From: Acaryochloris marina S15
Lineage (GTDB): Bacteria > Cyanobacteriota > Cyanobacteriia > Thermosynechococcales > Thermosynechococcaceae
Length of the DNA: 32,000 nt
Direction of reading: 5' to 3'
Assembly: GCF_018336915.1 (NCBI RefSeq)
Contig: NZ_CP064921.1
Location: 30,001 to 62,000, forward strand
The notes under the pieces are model-generated. The model saw nothing but the letters and a program-made list of their open reading frames with translations. It was not told where the DNA came from and searched no databases. The position numbers and the translations under genes were made by a program. Below, one piece after another: positions 1-8,965 of the stretch (positions are counted from its first letter, which is position 1; every line of letters starts with the position of its first letter).

Positions 1-506
1 AGGGGGCCACATCGGCTGGAATCGATGTAACGGTTTTGGACCTCATTGATTATCCGATGCCCTTGTTTAATGAGGATTTAGAAGCCAAAGATGGTCTCCC
101 CGATTCAGTACTTCGGTTTAAAGCCCTCCTGAAAAGTCATCAGGGCTTCCTGATCGCCTGTCCCGAGTACAACGGTTCTATTACACCACTGCTCAAAAAT
201 GCCATCGATTGGGCCTCTCGGCCTGAACCAGGGGAAGCACCGATGGCCCTCAGTTGCTTCAAAGGCAAAGTTGCGGCCCTTCTCGCCACCTCTCCTGGCG
301 GACTAGGAGGACTGCGGGGACTGGTCCATGTGCGCGCCATTTTAGAAGGAATTGGTGTTTTCGTTATTCCTGATCAAAAGGCAATTTCGGGGGCTTATCA
401 AGCCTTTGATGATCAGGGCCATCTTATTAATGAGAAACAGGTTAAGGCGGTCCAAGCGATCGCGCTCAAGCTTGCTGATGTAACGACAAAGTTATCGCAG
501 TCATAA
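1..506 (+). CDS. NADPH-dependent FMN reductase family oxidoreductase (5' end outside the window)
   Basis: Frame 3 is open from base 3 (GATSAGIDVTVLDLIDYPMPLF...), so the ORF-track start at 36 is an internal TTG. LIACPEYNGSITPLLKNAIDWASRP matches the flavin-binding core of the FMN_red family. Confidence 0.8.
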   Translation, partial: GATSAGIDVTVLDLIDYPMPLFNEDLEAKDGLPDSVLRFKALLKSHQGFLIACPEYNGSITPLLKNAIDWASRPEPGEAPMALSCFKGKVAALLATSPGGLGGLRGLVHVRAILEGIGVFVIPDQKAISGAYQAFDDQGHLINEKQVKAVQAIALKLADVTTKLSQS

Positions 507-579
507 GCGCATATCAAAAAAACGATAGAGCTATCTACCTCTCCGCAAACAAGCTGATTAACCTTTAGAGCAATTCTCT

Positions 580-1167
580 ATGAACTATTCAGATAAACTA
601 ACCCGAGATAATTGTGTCTTCGTCCTCGTTGATTTTTTGGATGGCTTTTTCCCAGGTATTAAAACCATCAACCATGATTTACTGCGTAAGAATGCAGAAG
701 CCTTTACGCGCTTATCGAAGATCTTTGATCTCCCCACCATTATGCTGGGGGAAGAGGGGGGCTTTCGTGGCAACTTCTTTCCTCAAGTTGTGGCTCATGC
801 CGACCATGCCATTCGGGTCGAACGCCATACCCCCAGCGCTTGGGATGAACCGGAGTTTCAAGACCAGCTTGCGGCGATGGGTCGCAAAAAAATAGTTCTG
901 GGGGGCATCTCCCTTGATATTTGTACGTTACAGCTCACGATTGATTTGATCGGGGCTGGGTATGAACCCTATGTCGTCGTTGATGTGTCAGGGTCCGATA
1001 CGGCTCTCAACGAAACAGCAGCCATGATGCGCATGACCCAAGCCGGAGCGGTGATGGTTTCCTGGGCCTCGATTGCCTCAGAAATCATGAAGGATTGGCA
1101 GACACCAGAAGGGCCATTGGTAGGGCAGCTTTATCAAGACTTTAGCTATTGGGGTAATCGGATCTAG
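580..1167 (+). CDS. isochorismatase-family (cysteine) hydrolase
   Basis: 195-aa ORF. VFVLVDFLDGF near the N-terminus and GGISLDICTLQLTIDLIGAGYEPYVVVDVSG fit the isochorismatase-like fold pattern. Confidence 0.75.
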   Translation: MNYSDKLTRDNCVFVLVDFLDGFFPGIKTINHDLLRKNAEAFTRLSKIFDLPTIMLGEEGGFRGNFFPQVVAHADHAIRVERHTPSAWDEPEFQDQLAAMGRKKIVLGGISLDICTLQLTIDLIGAGYEPYVVVDVSGSDTALNETAAMMRMTQAGAVMVSWASIASEIMKDWQTPEGPLVGQLYQDFSYWGNRI

Positions 1168-1219
1168 CCCCACTGAGAAATAAGAGTATTGCTCCAACCC
1201 AATCGAATACATCATTCCC

Positions 1220-1843
1220 ATGTCTTCAATGGACGAGCACGAAGTTGAATTGATTATCTTGCAGACGAGAAAAATAGATATGCTACCAATCAAACGATGG
1301 ATGTTCGCTGTTGCGATCTCAATCATCGCATCCCCGACTTTCATCACCTCTACCCTAACTGTTGTAACGGCTCAAGAGGCCGACAACAAGGCATACATCA
1401 CGGCTGAGAATAAGCTAGTCGTTGCCGATGAAATGGCCATTCGTCAAGTTATTGCCCGTCTCAACCATGCCCTAGATGCCTCTGATTATCCCCTTTACGC
1501 CAGTTTCTTTGCAGAGGAAGCTGTATTTACCTCGGATTTTGGCAATGCCAATGGCTCTGAGAAAATTGTCCTTGCCCTAGAAGCATCGCGGCCACTGATC
1601 ACCAATAAGCGACACGTTGCCGCCAACCTGGTGATCAGTGGCGTAGGAGATCAAGCCAAAGTCACAAGCTATTTAGTGGTGTTTGAGCGGGCAGAGTCCC
1701 TCACCTATGTCGGGTCAGCTATCAACATCGACACCCTGGAGAAGCGCGATGGGCAATGGGTGGTCGTGCGCCATGAAAGCGAATTAGATCCGGCAACCCT
1801 GAAGGCAATCCAATCCGCCATGAAAGCGGAGAAAGCCCAGTAA
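1220..1843 (+). CDS. secreted SnoaL-like / NTF2-fold protein
   Basis: The more likely start is ATG 1280 (MLPIKRWMFAVAISIIASPTFITSTLTVVTAQEA, signal-peptide-like). The mature part (IRQVIARLNHALDASDY...KRHVAANLVISG...DGQWVVVRHES) resembles SnoaL_4/NTF2-like proteins. Confidence 0.65.
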   Translation: MSSMDEHEVELIILQTRKIDMLPIKRWMFAVAISIIASPTFITSTLTVVTAQEADNKAYITAENKLVVADEMAIRQVIARLNHALDASDYPLYASFFAEEAVFTSDFGNANGSEKIVLALEASRPLITNKRHVAANLVISGVGDQAKVTSYLVVFERAESLTYVGSAINIDTLEKRDGQWVVVRHESELDPATLKAIQSAMKAEKAQ

Positions 1844-1865
1844 TTCCTTACAACCCATAATCACG

Positions 1866-2735
1866 ATGCTGACCTACGATCAATTTGAACCGAAATACGC
1901 CACTGTTAATGGTGGCGTTAAGCTGCACTACCGCCGTGGTGGTCAAGGAGACATTCCTATCCTGCTGCTCCATGGCTGGATGGGAACATCACACACCTGG
2001 CGCAAGCTCGCTCCCCTATTAGCAAAAACTCATACCGTCATTGTGCCGGACATGCGTGGCTATGGAGCCAGTGACATTACCATCGACGGCTACGATGCCG
2101 TTAACTCAGCTAAAGATATGTTGGGGATTTTAGAAGCAGAAGGGTTTGCCAACGTTCATGTGATTGGACACGACATGGGCGCTTTAGTTGCCATGGCCTT
2201 TGCCGGAACATTCCCAAATATAGCCCTGACCCTGACCTATTTAGATGAGCCACTAGTGGGTTACAACCTAGATAGATTTACCACCTTTACCGAAGAATGG
2301 CACGGTGGGTTGTGGCATTTCGGCCTCCATTATGCCCCTGGCTTGGCCGAAATTCTCTACAAGGACCACGAACAAGAATTGGTTGATTATTTGATGCCGC
2401 TGATGACGGCCAACCCCGATGCAGTGACATCAGAAGATCGGAAAATCTATGCTGCTAGCATGCTTCGTGAAAACGGAATCACAGGGAATGTGGGGTGGTA
2501 TCGTGCCGCGTTTGAAACAGGTCGGCAATTAAGAGCCATCGGAGAACGAAAGCTACCAATGCCTGTTCTGGCCTACGGTGGTCAGTATGGTCTACCCAGC
2601 ACATTTGAGCAGATGAAGATTGTCAGTGATAACGTTACAGGCGGCATTGTTAAAGGCTGTGGTCACCTCTTGCCGGAAGAAGCCCCCGACTTTTTGGCAG
2701 AACACATGACGGCCTTTTTCCAGTCCAACGCATAA
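1866..2735 (+). CDS. alpha/beta hydrolase, epoxide hydrolase / haloacetate dehalogenase-like (Asp nucleophile)
   Basis: LLHGWMGTSHTW oxyanion region, IGHDMGA nucleophile elbow with Asp, and a C-terminal GCGHLLPEE histidine. Confidence 0.85.
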   Translation: MLTYDQFEPKYATVNGGVKLHYRRGGQGDIPILLLHGWMGTSHTWRKLAPLLAKTHTVIVPDMRGYGASDITIDGYDAVNSAKDMLGILEAEGFANVHVIGHDMGALVAMAFAGTFPNIALTLTYLDEPLVGYNLDRFTTFTEEWHGGLWHFGLHYAPGLAEILYKDHEQELVDYLMPLMTANPDAVTSEDRKIYAASMLRENGITGNVGWYRAAFETGRQLRAIGERKLPMPVLAYGGQYGLPSTFEQMKIVSDNVTGGIVKGCGHLLPEEAPDFLAEHMTAFFQSNA

Positions 2736-2766
2736 ACCGGCTTATCGCATCTAAGGAATTTGGTCA

Positions 2767-3636
2767 ATGACACAGATATATTCACAATTCAAACATCAAC
2801 GGGTGACGGTTAACGGTAATATTCAAATTCACTATCGCATTGGCGGTTCAGGGGAACCTCTCTTTTTACTGCATGGCTGGCCCCAACACTCGCTCATGTG
2901 GCATATGATTGCCCCCATTCTGGCAGAACATTTTACGGTAATTGCCCCAGATTTACGCGGTGCGGGTGGTTCGTCAATTCCGACATCGGGATATGACAAG
3001 AAGACAATGGCTGAAGATATCTACCAATTGATTCAGCAGTTGGGGTATCAACAAGCATCCCTATGTGGCTACGATCTCGGTTCGGGCGTGGCCTATAGCT
3101 TAAGTGCAGCTCACCCAGAGCTGTTTAAAAAGGTAGCCTTTATGGAGTTTGGGTTGCCTGGGTTTGGCTATGAACAGGTCATGCAGGCTTCCCCCGATTG
3201 GGATGCAGGCAGTAACTGGCATCTCTCTTTTTTCACCGTGCCTCAGGTAGCTGAGTTTGCCTTTCAAGGGAAAGAGCGACAATTATTAAGCTGGTTTTTC
3301 TGGCACATTTCCAACGACGAAGCGGCAGTGAGTCCGGCTCACTTTGAAGAATATGTTCGCCAAATCTCAAAACCTGGCGCACTCCGAGCCGGGATTGAAT
3401 ATTACGCGGCGGTTTGGCAAGACTTAGAGGACAACAAGAAACTGGCAGAAAACCCACTGCCCATGCCAGTGCTTGCGGTGGGAGGAGAAAGCAGTAGTGG
3501 TCTTTATGTCGCGGAATTATTTAAACCAGTTGCCACCCATGTTCAAGCCGTTGTCGTTCCAGAAGCCGGTCATTGGCTAGGTGATGAAAATCCCACTGCA
3601 TTAGCCTCAATTCTGACAGAGTTCTTCTTAGATTGA
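2767..3636 (+). CDS. alpha/beta hydrolase, epoxide hydrolase-like paralogue (Asp nucleophile)
   Basis: LLHGWPQHSLMW, CGYDLGSGVA elbow and C-terminal EAGHWLGDE. Same length (289 aa) and architecture as the upstream gene. Confidence 0.85.
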   Translation: MTQIYSQFKHQRVTVNGNIQIHYRIGGSGEPLFLLHGWPQHSLMWHMIAPILAEHFTVIAPDLRGAGGSSIPTSGYDKKTMAEDIYQLIQQLGYQQASLCGYDLGSGVAYSLSAAHPELFKKVAFMEFGLPGFGYEQVMQASPDWDAGSNWHLSFFTVPQVAEFAFQGKERQLLSWFFWHISNDEAAVSPAHFEEYVRQISKPGALRAGIEYYAAVWQDLEDNKKLAENPLPMPVLAVGGESSSGLYVAELFKPVATHVQAVVVPEAGHWLGDENPTALASILTEFFLD

Positions 3637-3832
3637 GTCTATCTTCCCCCATCTAGGCTCTGCCTTCGTGAATTCCTAGTGCAGCACTTCATACCAATAA
3701 GCATCAAAAAGTGTAATTTTGATCCGCTATTAAACTCTGCCAGCAAAGGGTTTTACGAATTTTATGATTATGCTTTTAGGCTCAAATTGGTATCATTCAT
3801 TCTTATTCATTAAATGGAGTTCCGTGAACTTA

Positions 3833-4096
3833 ATGATTACGTTCGTGAATGTCTTTACTGTTCATTCTGGTCAACAAGAGGTTGCCTTTGAACGGATCCA
3901 TCAAATTTATACCGAGGTGGTGCAAGACCAAGTGGGTTTTGTCGATGCAACGCTCCTCAAAAGTGATGATGGCACGACGGTTACCGCAGTTGCCCATTGG
4001 GATCGAGCAGACAGAATGGCGGCCCTATGGGGTATTCCTCGGTTTCAAGACCTGCATGATCAGGTCTATAGGGCTACGGTGTACACACAAGTCTGA
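3833..4096 (+). pseudogene. ABM (antibiotic-biosynthesis-monooxygenase-like) domain protein, 3' end displaced by an IS insertion
   Basis: ABM pattern MITFVNVFTVHSGQQ...TAVAHWDRADRMAAL. The probable start is ATG 3833, not 3764. Native sequence ends at 4073 where the IS begins, and the ORF stops on an IS-borne codon (4094..4096). The original tail VYRDAISKVDPHVYGTTVVVTANS* resumes in frame at 5574..5638. Confidence 0.75.
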
Positions 4097-5563
4097 ATTA
4101 GACTGTAGTGAAGTCGTATAGAGCATCCTCATAGATATGGAAAATCCTATTTTGGTGCACGAAGAACTGATTAATGGAACTACCTTTGGCGACCTTCGTT
4201 TGCTCAAAAGGGGGCTTCATTATTCGATGCCATTCATCACCATCAGAGCGTAAGCATCCGTCAAATCAGCCAAGGTCGCGCAGAGCAAGTGGGCTTCTAT
4301 CGCTTCTTAGAGAATGAAAACGTGTCCATATCTGAGTTGGTCAAAAGCCTCTGTGACCACTGCCAGCAACAAGTCAAAGGACGACACGTTTTAGCCGTCA
4401 GTGATACAAGTGAGGTCAACTTACAATCTCATTCAGGACGCTTAAAGCTAGAAGAGTTGGGTGTTGTCGGCAATGATCGCGATGTGGGCTTTTTTATTCA
4501 CCCGACCCTCGCCTTAGATGCAGGGACTGGTTTCCCGTTAGGATTGAGTGCACTTCAACTGTGGACTCGGGACCCGAATCGTCCAACCGTCAAAGATAGA
4601 GGAGGATATCAAAACCTGCCGATTGAGGAGAAAGAATCCTTCAAATGGTTAGCATCTGCTGAGCGAAGTCAACACTGTCTGAAGACAGGAGGGGCTAGCC
4701 TGGTCACTCATATCGGTGACCGAGAATCGGACTTATATGAAGAGTGGGCAACGGTTCCCGATGCATTCAATCATCTCCTAGTCAGGGTTCGTCAAGACCG
4801 TCGTCTGCTAGGTCAATCCAAATCACTCTATGGATATCTCAAATCACGGTGGGGGATTGGATTTACCACGATTACGATTGAGTACGAATCCCGTACTCAG
4901 CGGATGGCTAGAGATGCAAAGCTACTGATCCGCTGTGCTCCAGTCAAAATTCAACGACCTGAACATTTGAAGGAATTGGACTATCCACCGAGTATTCAAC
5001 TGTATGCCATCGAAGCGGTAGAACAGACAACGCCCAAAGGTCAGAACCCGATTCATTGGCGCTTATTGACCACTCACACGGTGGAATCCCTTGAGCAAGC
5101 GCTACAAATTCTGGAATGGTACAAATTCAGGTGGAGAATTGAGCGGCTTTTCGCGCAACTCAAGAAGACGGGGTTAGATCTTGAATCGACGCAACTCGAA
5201 TCGGGTGAAGCAATTCAGCGCCTCACCGTCTTAGCCTTATCGGTTGCGATTGCGACATTGCAAATGGTGGAAGGACGAGACGAGCCACAATGGCCTGCAT
5301 CTATCACTTTTACCGATGAACAGCAGCAATACCTGAAACAAATTGCCCCCACAGTCCAAGGTAAAACTACAAAGCTACAAAATCCTTATCCGATTAACTC
5401 CTTGGCCTGGGCAACTTGGATTGTTGCCCGCCTGGGTGGATGGAAGGGGTATCAGTCTCAAAGACCTCCAGGCACAGCAACGCTAACCCATGGCCTAAAA
5501 CGGTTTGAGACGATGTTCTTTGCATGGGAAATAGCTCAAAACCGACTTATGTGTACACCGTAG
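4074..5563 (+). mobile_element. IS4-family (Tn5-like) insertion sequence, 1490 bp
   Basis: Terminal inverted repeats: CTACGGTGTACACAcAAGTCtG at 4074..4095 against the complement of 5542..5563 (20/22). They are flanked by a perfect 10-bp direct repeat GTCTATAGGG (4064..4073 and 5564..5573). Confidence 0.88.
4137..5563 (+). CDS. IS4-family DDE transposase, frame-broken near the N-terminus
   Basis: ATG 4137 gives MENPILVHEELINGTTFGDLRLLKRG... The 424-aa ORF 4289..5563 (..RAEQVGFYRFLENENVS.., WYKFRWRIERLFAQLK) lies in the -1 frame. The two join as LLKRGASLFDAIHHHQSVSIRQ if the G5 run at 4210..4214 is read as G6. The stop codon lies in the right IR. Confidence 0.8.
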
Positions 5564-5722
5564 GTCTATAGGGATGCGATCTCAAAGGTAGATCCCCATG
5601 TCTATGGGACTACTGTTGTTGTTACAGCCAATTCATAAGACCTCACTGCTTTGTCGAGTGCACCCTTTAAAGGCATCTCTCTGACGGTCGGTTTAAGTCT
5701 CGTGAGCTTAATCCGTCAGTAA

Positions 5723-5995
5723 CTAACCTCTGTCACACCTTCCGCAAGTACCTCCACCATCAAGCGGCTTGGGAAGTCAATAGAATTTGCGATCGCAGGA
5801 ATTGCAGTCAGCGAACTGTTCATCGAGAACCTGAGCGGTAATGCAACACAGACCAACTTTGAAGCATTTTATAACATCCCAATCACTCCGAATATTCGCA
5901 TCACTCCCCTAATTTAAGTAATTACTAACCCTGGCAATCAAGCTGCAAACGGCACGATTATTACGGGCACTGTTCGAACGGTCTTTTCATTTTAA
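5723..5995 (+). pseudogene. remnant of an OprB-type (carbohydrate-selective) outer-membrane porin gene, C-terminal part only
   Basis: Translation gives ...TNFEAFYNIPITPNIRITPLI*VITNPGNQAANGTIITGTVRTVFSF*, the C-terminal strand signature of cyanobacterial OprB porins. There are in-frame stops at 5720..5722 and 5915..5917, and no N-terminal part is present. Confidence 0.6.
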
Positions 5996-6099
5996 GTCTC
6001 ATCTATTGCAAGTCTTTCAACTTATGAGAAGTCCGGCCTAGGAATGTATTTTCATCATCTCCAATCCTGGGTTGCCATCTTTTTAGTTGAGTTTTAGGC

Positions 6100-7585
6100 G
6101 GGCGTAAGCAAAGGATCGGGGATGCATGGCTCAAAGAAAAACGGGTCAAGGACAATAGATCCTGTACCCGAACCAAAAAACTATCATGACCCTACCATCG
6201 CAATTGCTAACCGTGCTAGCCCATGACGAATTTCTAGAACAAACTGAAGCACTCAAAGTATCAACCAGCCTGAGTCAGATGGTTTATATCGTTCTGCAAA
6301 TGGGCTTGTTTCTAGCTCGCTGTCTTCTGGAGGATGAACTCTCAAGGCGCGCGAAAGCAGTATTTGTATGGCCTGTATGTACTACCTGCGGAACCCGCTT
6401 ACATTCGAAGGGATGGGAATCTCGTCAGATGCAGACACTGGTAGGCACTATCTCTTGAAAGCGACGGGTGGGCCGTTGTCCCAAAGGATGTCCAGGCAGT
6501 CTGTTGACTCCCCTGGATCAAGCCATTGGGATTCCCCCCTATCAGCACAGCAGCGAAGAACTGGTGCGTCTGGGCTGCTTGTTGAGTCTGTTCATGCCCT
6601 ATGAACTGGCCAGTTGGATGCTGGGTCAGTGGAGTGGTCTATCCGTGAGTCCATCCAGTTTGTGGAACTGGGTGCAATCCGTGGGTAACAAAGCTCAGCA
6701 GGAATTAGAAGCTCAACTCAACGCTCAATCATCAGGGACTCAGGCCCCTTGTGAAGCGATTTCAGAGATGTTATCTGCTCTACCTTTGGCCATTGCCGCC
6801 GATGGTGTGATGGTCCCCTTTCGCCCCACCCCGAACTCACCCAAGGGAAAAATCCAGTGGCGAGAAGTCAAAGTCGCCATCTTAGCTCGCCTGGGAACAC
6901 GGGTTACCCGAGCTAAAAAGGAGGTCCCCCAATTACTGCGTCGAAGACTGGTGGCAGTATTGGGCGATATCGACCAGTTCATCCCTTTACTTCAACTCGA
7001 AGCTCACAAACAAGACTTTGAATCTGCTCCAAAAGTCATCTGGCTCAGTGATGGGGGACGAGGCTTCTGGCGAGTCTATCGCACCTTGTTCTCTCATTGT
7101 GCTGTGGCAGTCCTCGACTTTTTTCATTCAGCAGGCCATCTGGCACGAGCAACTAAAGCGATGTTTGGAGATGCCCGCTCTGCTCAAGCCCAAGCCTGGT
7201 TCCGGCACTGGCGACACCAATTGCGACACGGGCAACACCTACTTGTATTACGGTCCTTGACGATATTGATTCACTCACAACTGTTAACGGGAAAGTCTTT
7301 TTCAACGTTGCTCCAGGTGCAGGCTTATTTCCAACGCCATCATCACCACATCCGTTATCGGCACTTTGAACAGCAACAGATTCCTCTCGGGTCAGGAATG
7401 GTTGAAAGTGCATGCAAGTGGTTGATTCAGCAGCGCTTTAAGGGAGTTGGCATGCGCTGGAGTGAGGATGGTTTCAACCATTTACTGATCTTGAGAATTG
7501 CCTGGGTCAATGAACGGTTTGACTCCTTATTCCCAGAGGTGACCATTCCGAAAACTAAGGCATCCCCGATCCGCTAAATACGCCC
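6100..7585 (+). mobile_element. IS element copy 1 (tentatively ISKra4-like), 1486 bp
   Basis: 26-bp imperfect IRs: GGGCGTAAGCAAAGGATCGGGGATGC at 6100..6125 against GGGCGTATTTAGCGGATCGGGGATGC, the complement of 7560..7585. Perfect 9-bp target duplication GTTTTAGGC (6091..6099 and 7586..7594). The second copy at 22328..23813 differs at the single base I could find (6189 A vs 22417 C). Confidence 0.9.
6186..7577 (+). CDS. DDE transposase (ISKra4-like, tentative) interrupted by an in-frame TGA
   Basis: ORFs 6186..6458 and 6468..7577 share one frame and are separated only by TGA 6456..6458 (..QTLVGTIS*KRRVGRCPKGCPGS..). Family call rests on Cys pairs CTTCGTRLHSKG / CPKGC, on DGGRGFW, and on C-terminal GSGMVESACKWLIQQRFKGVGMRWSEDGFNHLLILR. 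It is made from memory and was not searched. Confidence 0.75.
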
Positions 7586-7639
7586 GTTTTAGGCGTGATA
7601 TTCATTGGGCTTTATGGCCATTCATAACGCCTAAAACTC
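7586..7639. repeat. hairpin-forming inverted repeat at the IS copy-1 target, about 50 bp upstream of the MFS gene
   Basis: GTTTTAGGCGT (7586..7596) pairs with ACGCCTAAAAC (7627..7637). Before insertion the left arm was GAGTTTTAGGCGT (6089..6099 plus GT), a perfect 13-bp complement of ACGCCTAAAACTC (7627..7639). Confidence 0.6.
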
Positions 7640-7687
7640 TCTGATGACAACAGAATTATTTGCTCACTCTATTTCGCTTGTGCCCTA

Positions 7688-8890
7688 ATGACAAAAAATT
7701 CAGATTCCTGGTCTATCAAAATCACGCTGCTCCTTACCAGCACCTTAACCATTATGGCAGGGGCCACCATTGCCCCCTCGCTCCCCGCGATGCAGGCCCA
7801 TTTTGCAGAGGTCGAGAATGCCCAACTATGGGTCCGGCTATTGCTGACAACCCCAGCTCTCTTTATTGCGCTGGGTGCGCCCGTAGCAGGACAACTGGTT
7901 GATACTATCGGACGCAAATCTCTATTAATTGGCTCAGCAATGCTGTATGGTCTGGCGGGTAGTTCGGGTTTCACCCTTGATTCAATTTTTTTGATGCTTA
8001 TTGGTCGGGCCCTGCTAGGGTTGGCAGTTGCCGGAGTGATGGTGAGCGCAACCACCTTGATTGCAGATTATTATCAGGGAGATCGCCGCTCTAATTTCAT
8101 GGGATTACAGGCTGCATTCATGTCTCTCGGTGGGGTGATATTTTTGTCCTTGGGGGGAGCGATCTCTGATATTAATTGGCGATTTCCGTTTCTAATCTAT
8201 CTGTTCTCATGGGTGCTGCTTCCCAGCATTGCTATAGCGCTATATGAGCCAGATCGCCTTCAAGCCAAAACTCCTAAAACTTTAAAAGCAGAGACTGAGC
8301 AAGTTAATACGCCCTTCAAGTTACTGGGATTAATTTATGGCTCAGCCTTTGTTACACAAGTTGTTTTTTACATGATTCCTGTCCAGCTTCCCTTTTATCT
8401 TGAGAAGCTATCAGGAGCCAGCGCATCTCAAAGTGGTATTGCCATTGCCTTCGTCACTTTATTTGCTGCCATTGCCTCCATCAACTATGGCAAGATTAAA
8501 CAACACGTGAGCTATTTGAATATAGTTGCTATCGCATTTTTACTCATGGGAGTCGGTTACGTTGGCATCGGCTTAGTCGGCAACTACTACTCAGTCCTGT
8601 TGGTTTTAATCCCAACAGGCATGGGACTGGGGTTGCTGACGCCCAATTTAAACGTGTGGACCACCACCACTGTCCCGGCAGCATTGAGAGGTCGGGCATT
8701 GGGGGGACTCACCACTTGTCTCTTTTTAGGACAGTTCCTCTCTCCCATTGTGACCCAGCCCTTGAGCCAAGCTTTTGAATTAAGCGCAACCTATGGCTTA
8801 GTAGGTGTATGTCTGGTTGTGATGGGTGCCAATCTATGGATTTTCGATCGACAAATCAAAAACCTCGTGACTCGTCCACTTAGCAAATAA
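7688..8890 (+). CDS. MFS transporter
   Basis: 400-aa protein that is highly hydrophobic throughout, with about 12 helices by eye. An MFS motif-A-like GQLVDTIGRKSLL lies after the second helix. Confidence 0.85.
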   Translation: MTKNSDSWSIKITLLLTSTLTIMAGATIAPSLPAMQAHFAEVENAQLWVRLLLTTPALFIALGAPVAGQLVDTIGRKSLLIGSAMLYGLAGSSGFTLDSIFLMLIGRALLGLAVAGVMVSATTLIADYYQGDRRSNFMGLQAAFMSLGGVIFLSLGGAISDINWRFPFLIYLFSWVLLPSIAIALYEPDRLQAKTPKTLKAETEQVNTPFKLLGLIYGSAFVTQVVFYMIPVQLPFYLEKLSGASASQSGIAIAFVTLFAAIASINYGKIKQHVSYLNIVAIAFLLMGVGYVGIGLVGNYYSVLLVLIPTGMGLGLLTPNLNVWTTTTVPAALRGRALGGLTTCLFLGQFLSPIVTQPLSQAFELSATYGLVGVCLVVMGANLWIFDRQIKNLVTRPLSK

Positions 8891-8965
8891 GGAGAATCCG
8901 TCAGAAGTGGTTAGCCAAATCCCTGAAAACAGCGATCACTACCCTCAATTTTCTTATTTTTATTG

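Noticed and set aside
140-895. ORFs 140..340(-), 585..773(-) and 614..895(+)
   Set aside because: They lie entirely inside, antisense to or out of frame with, the well-supported FMN reductase and isochorismatase genes. They are Arg/Pro/Ser-rich shadow frames with no motifs.
3100-3457. ORFs 3100..3282(-) and 3233..3457(-)
   Set aside because: They are antisense shadow ORFs within the second alpha/beta hydrolase gene.
3764-3832. Upstream extension of the ABM gene (start at 3764), and ORFs 3849..4121(+) and 4025..4207(-)
   Set aside because: The N-terminal 23 codons (MIMLLGSNWYHSFLFIKWSSVNL) are not ABM-like, and the fold starts at MITFVNVF (ATG 3833). The other two ORFs are alternative-frame or antisense and cross the IS boundary.
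6368-7413. ORFs 6368..6604, 6740..6982(-), 7018..7260 and 7153..7413(-), and their twins in copy 2
   Set aside because: They are alternative-frame or antisense ORFs inside the transposase gene, and they duplicate only because the IS is duplicated.
7660-8055. ORFs 7660..7902(+) and 7669..8055(-)
   Set aside because: They overlap the 5' part of the MFS transporter gene in other frames. Their composition is typical of shadow ORFs of a hydrophobic protein gene.
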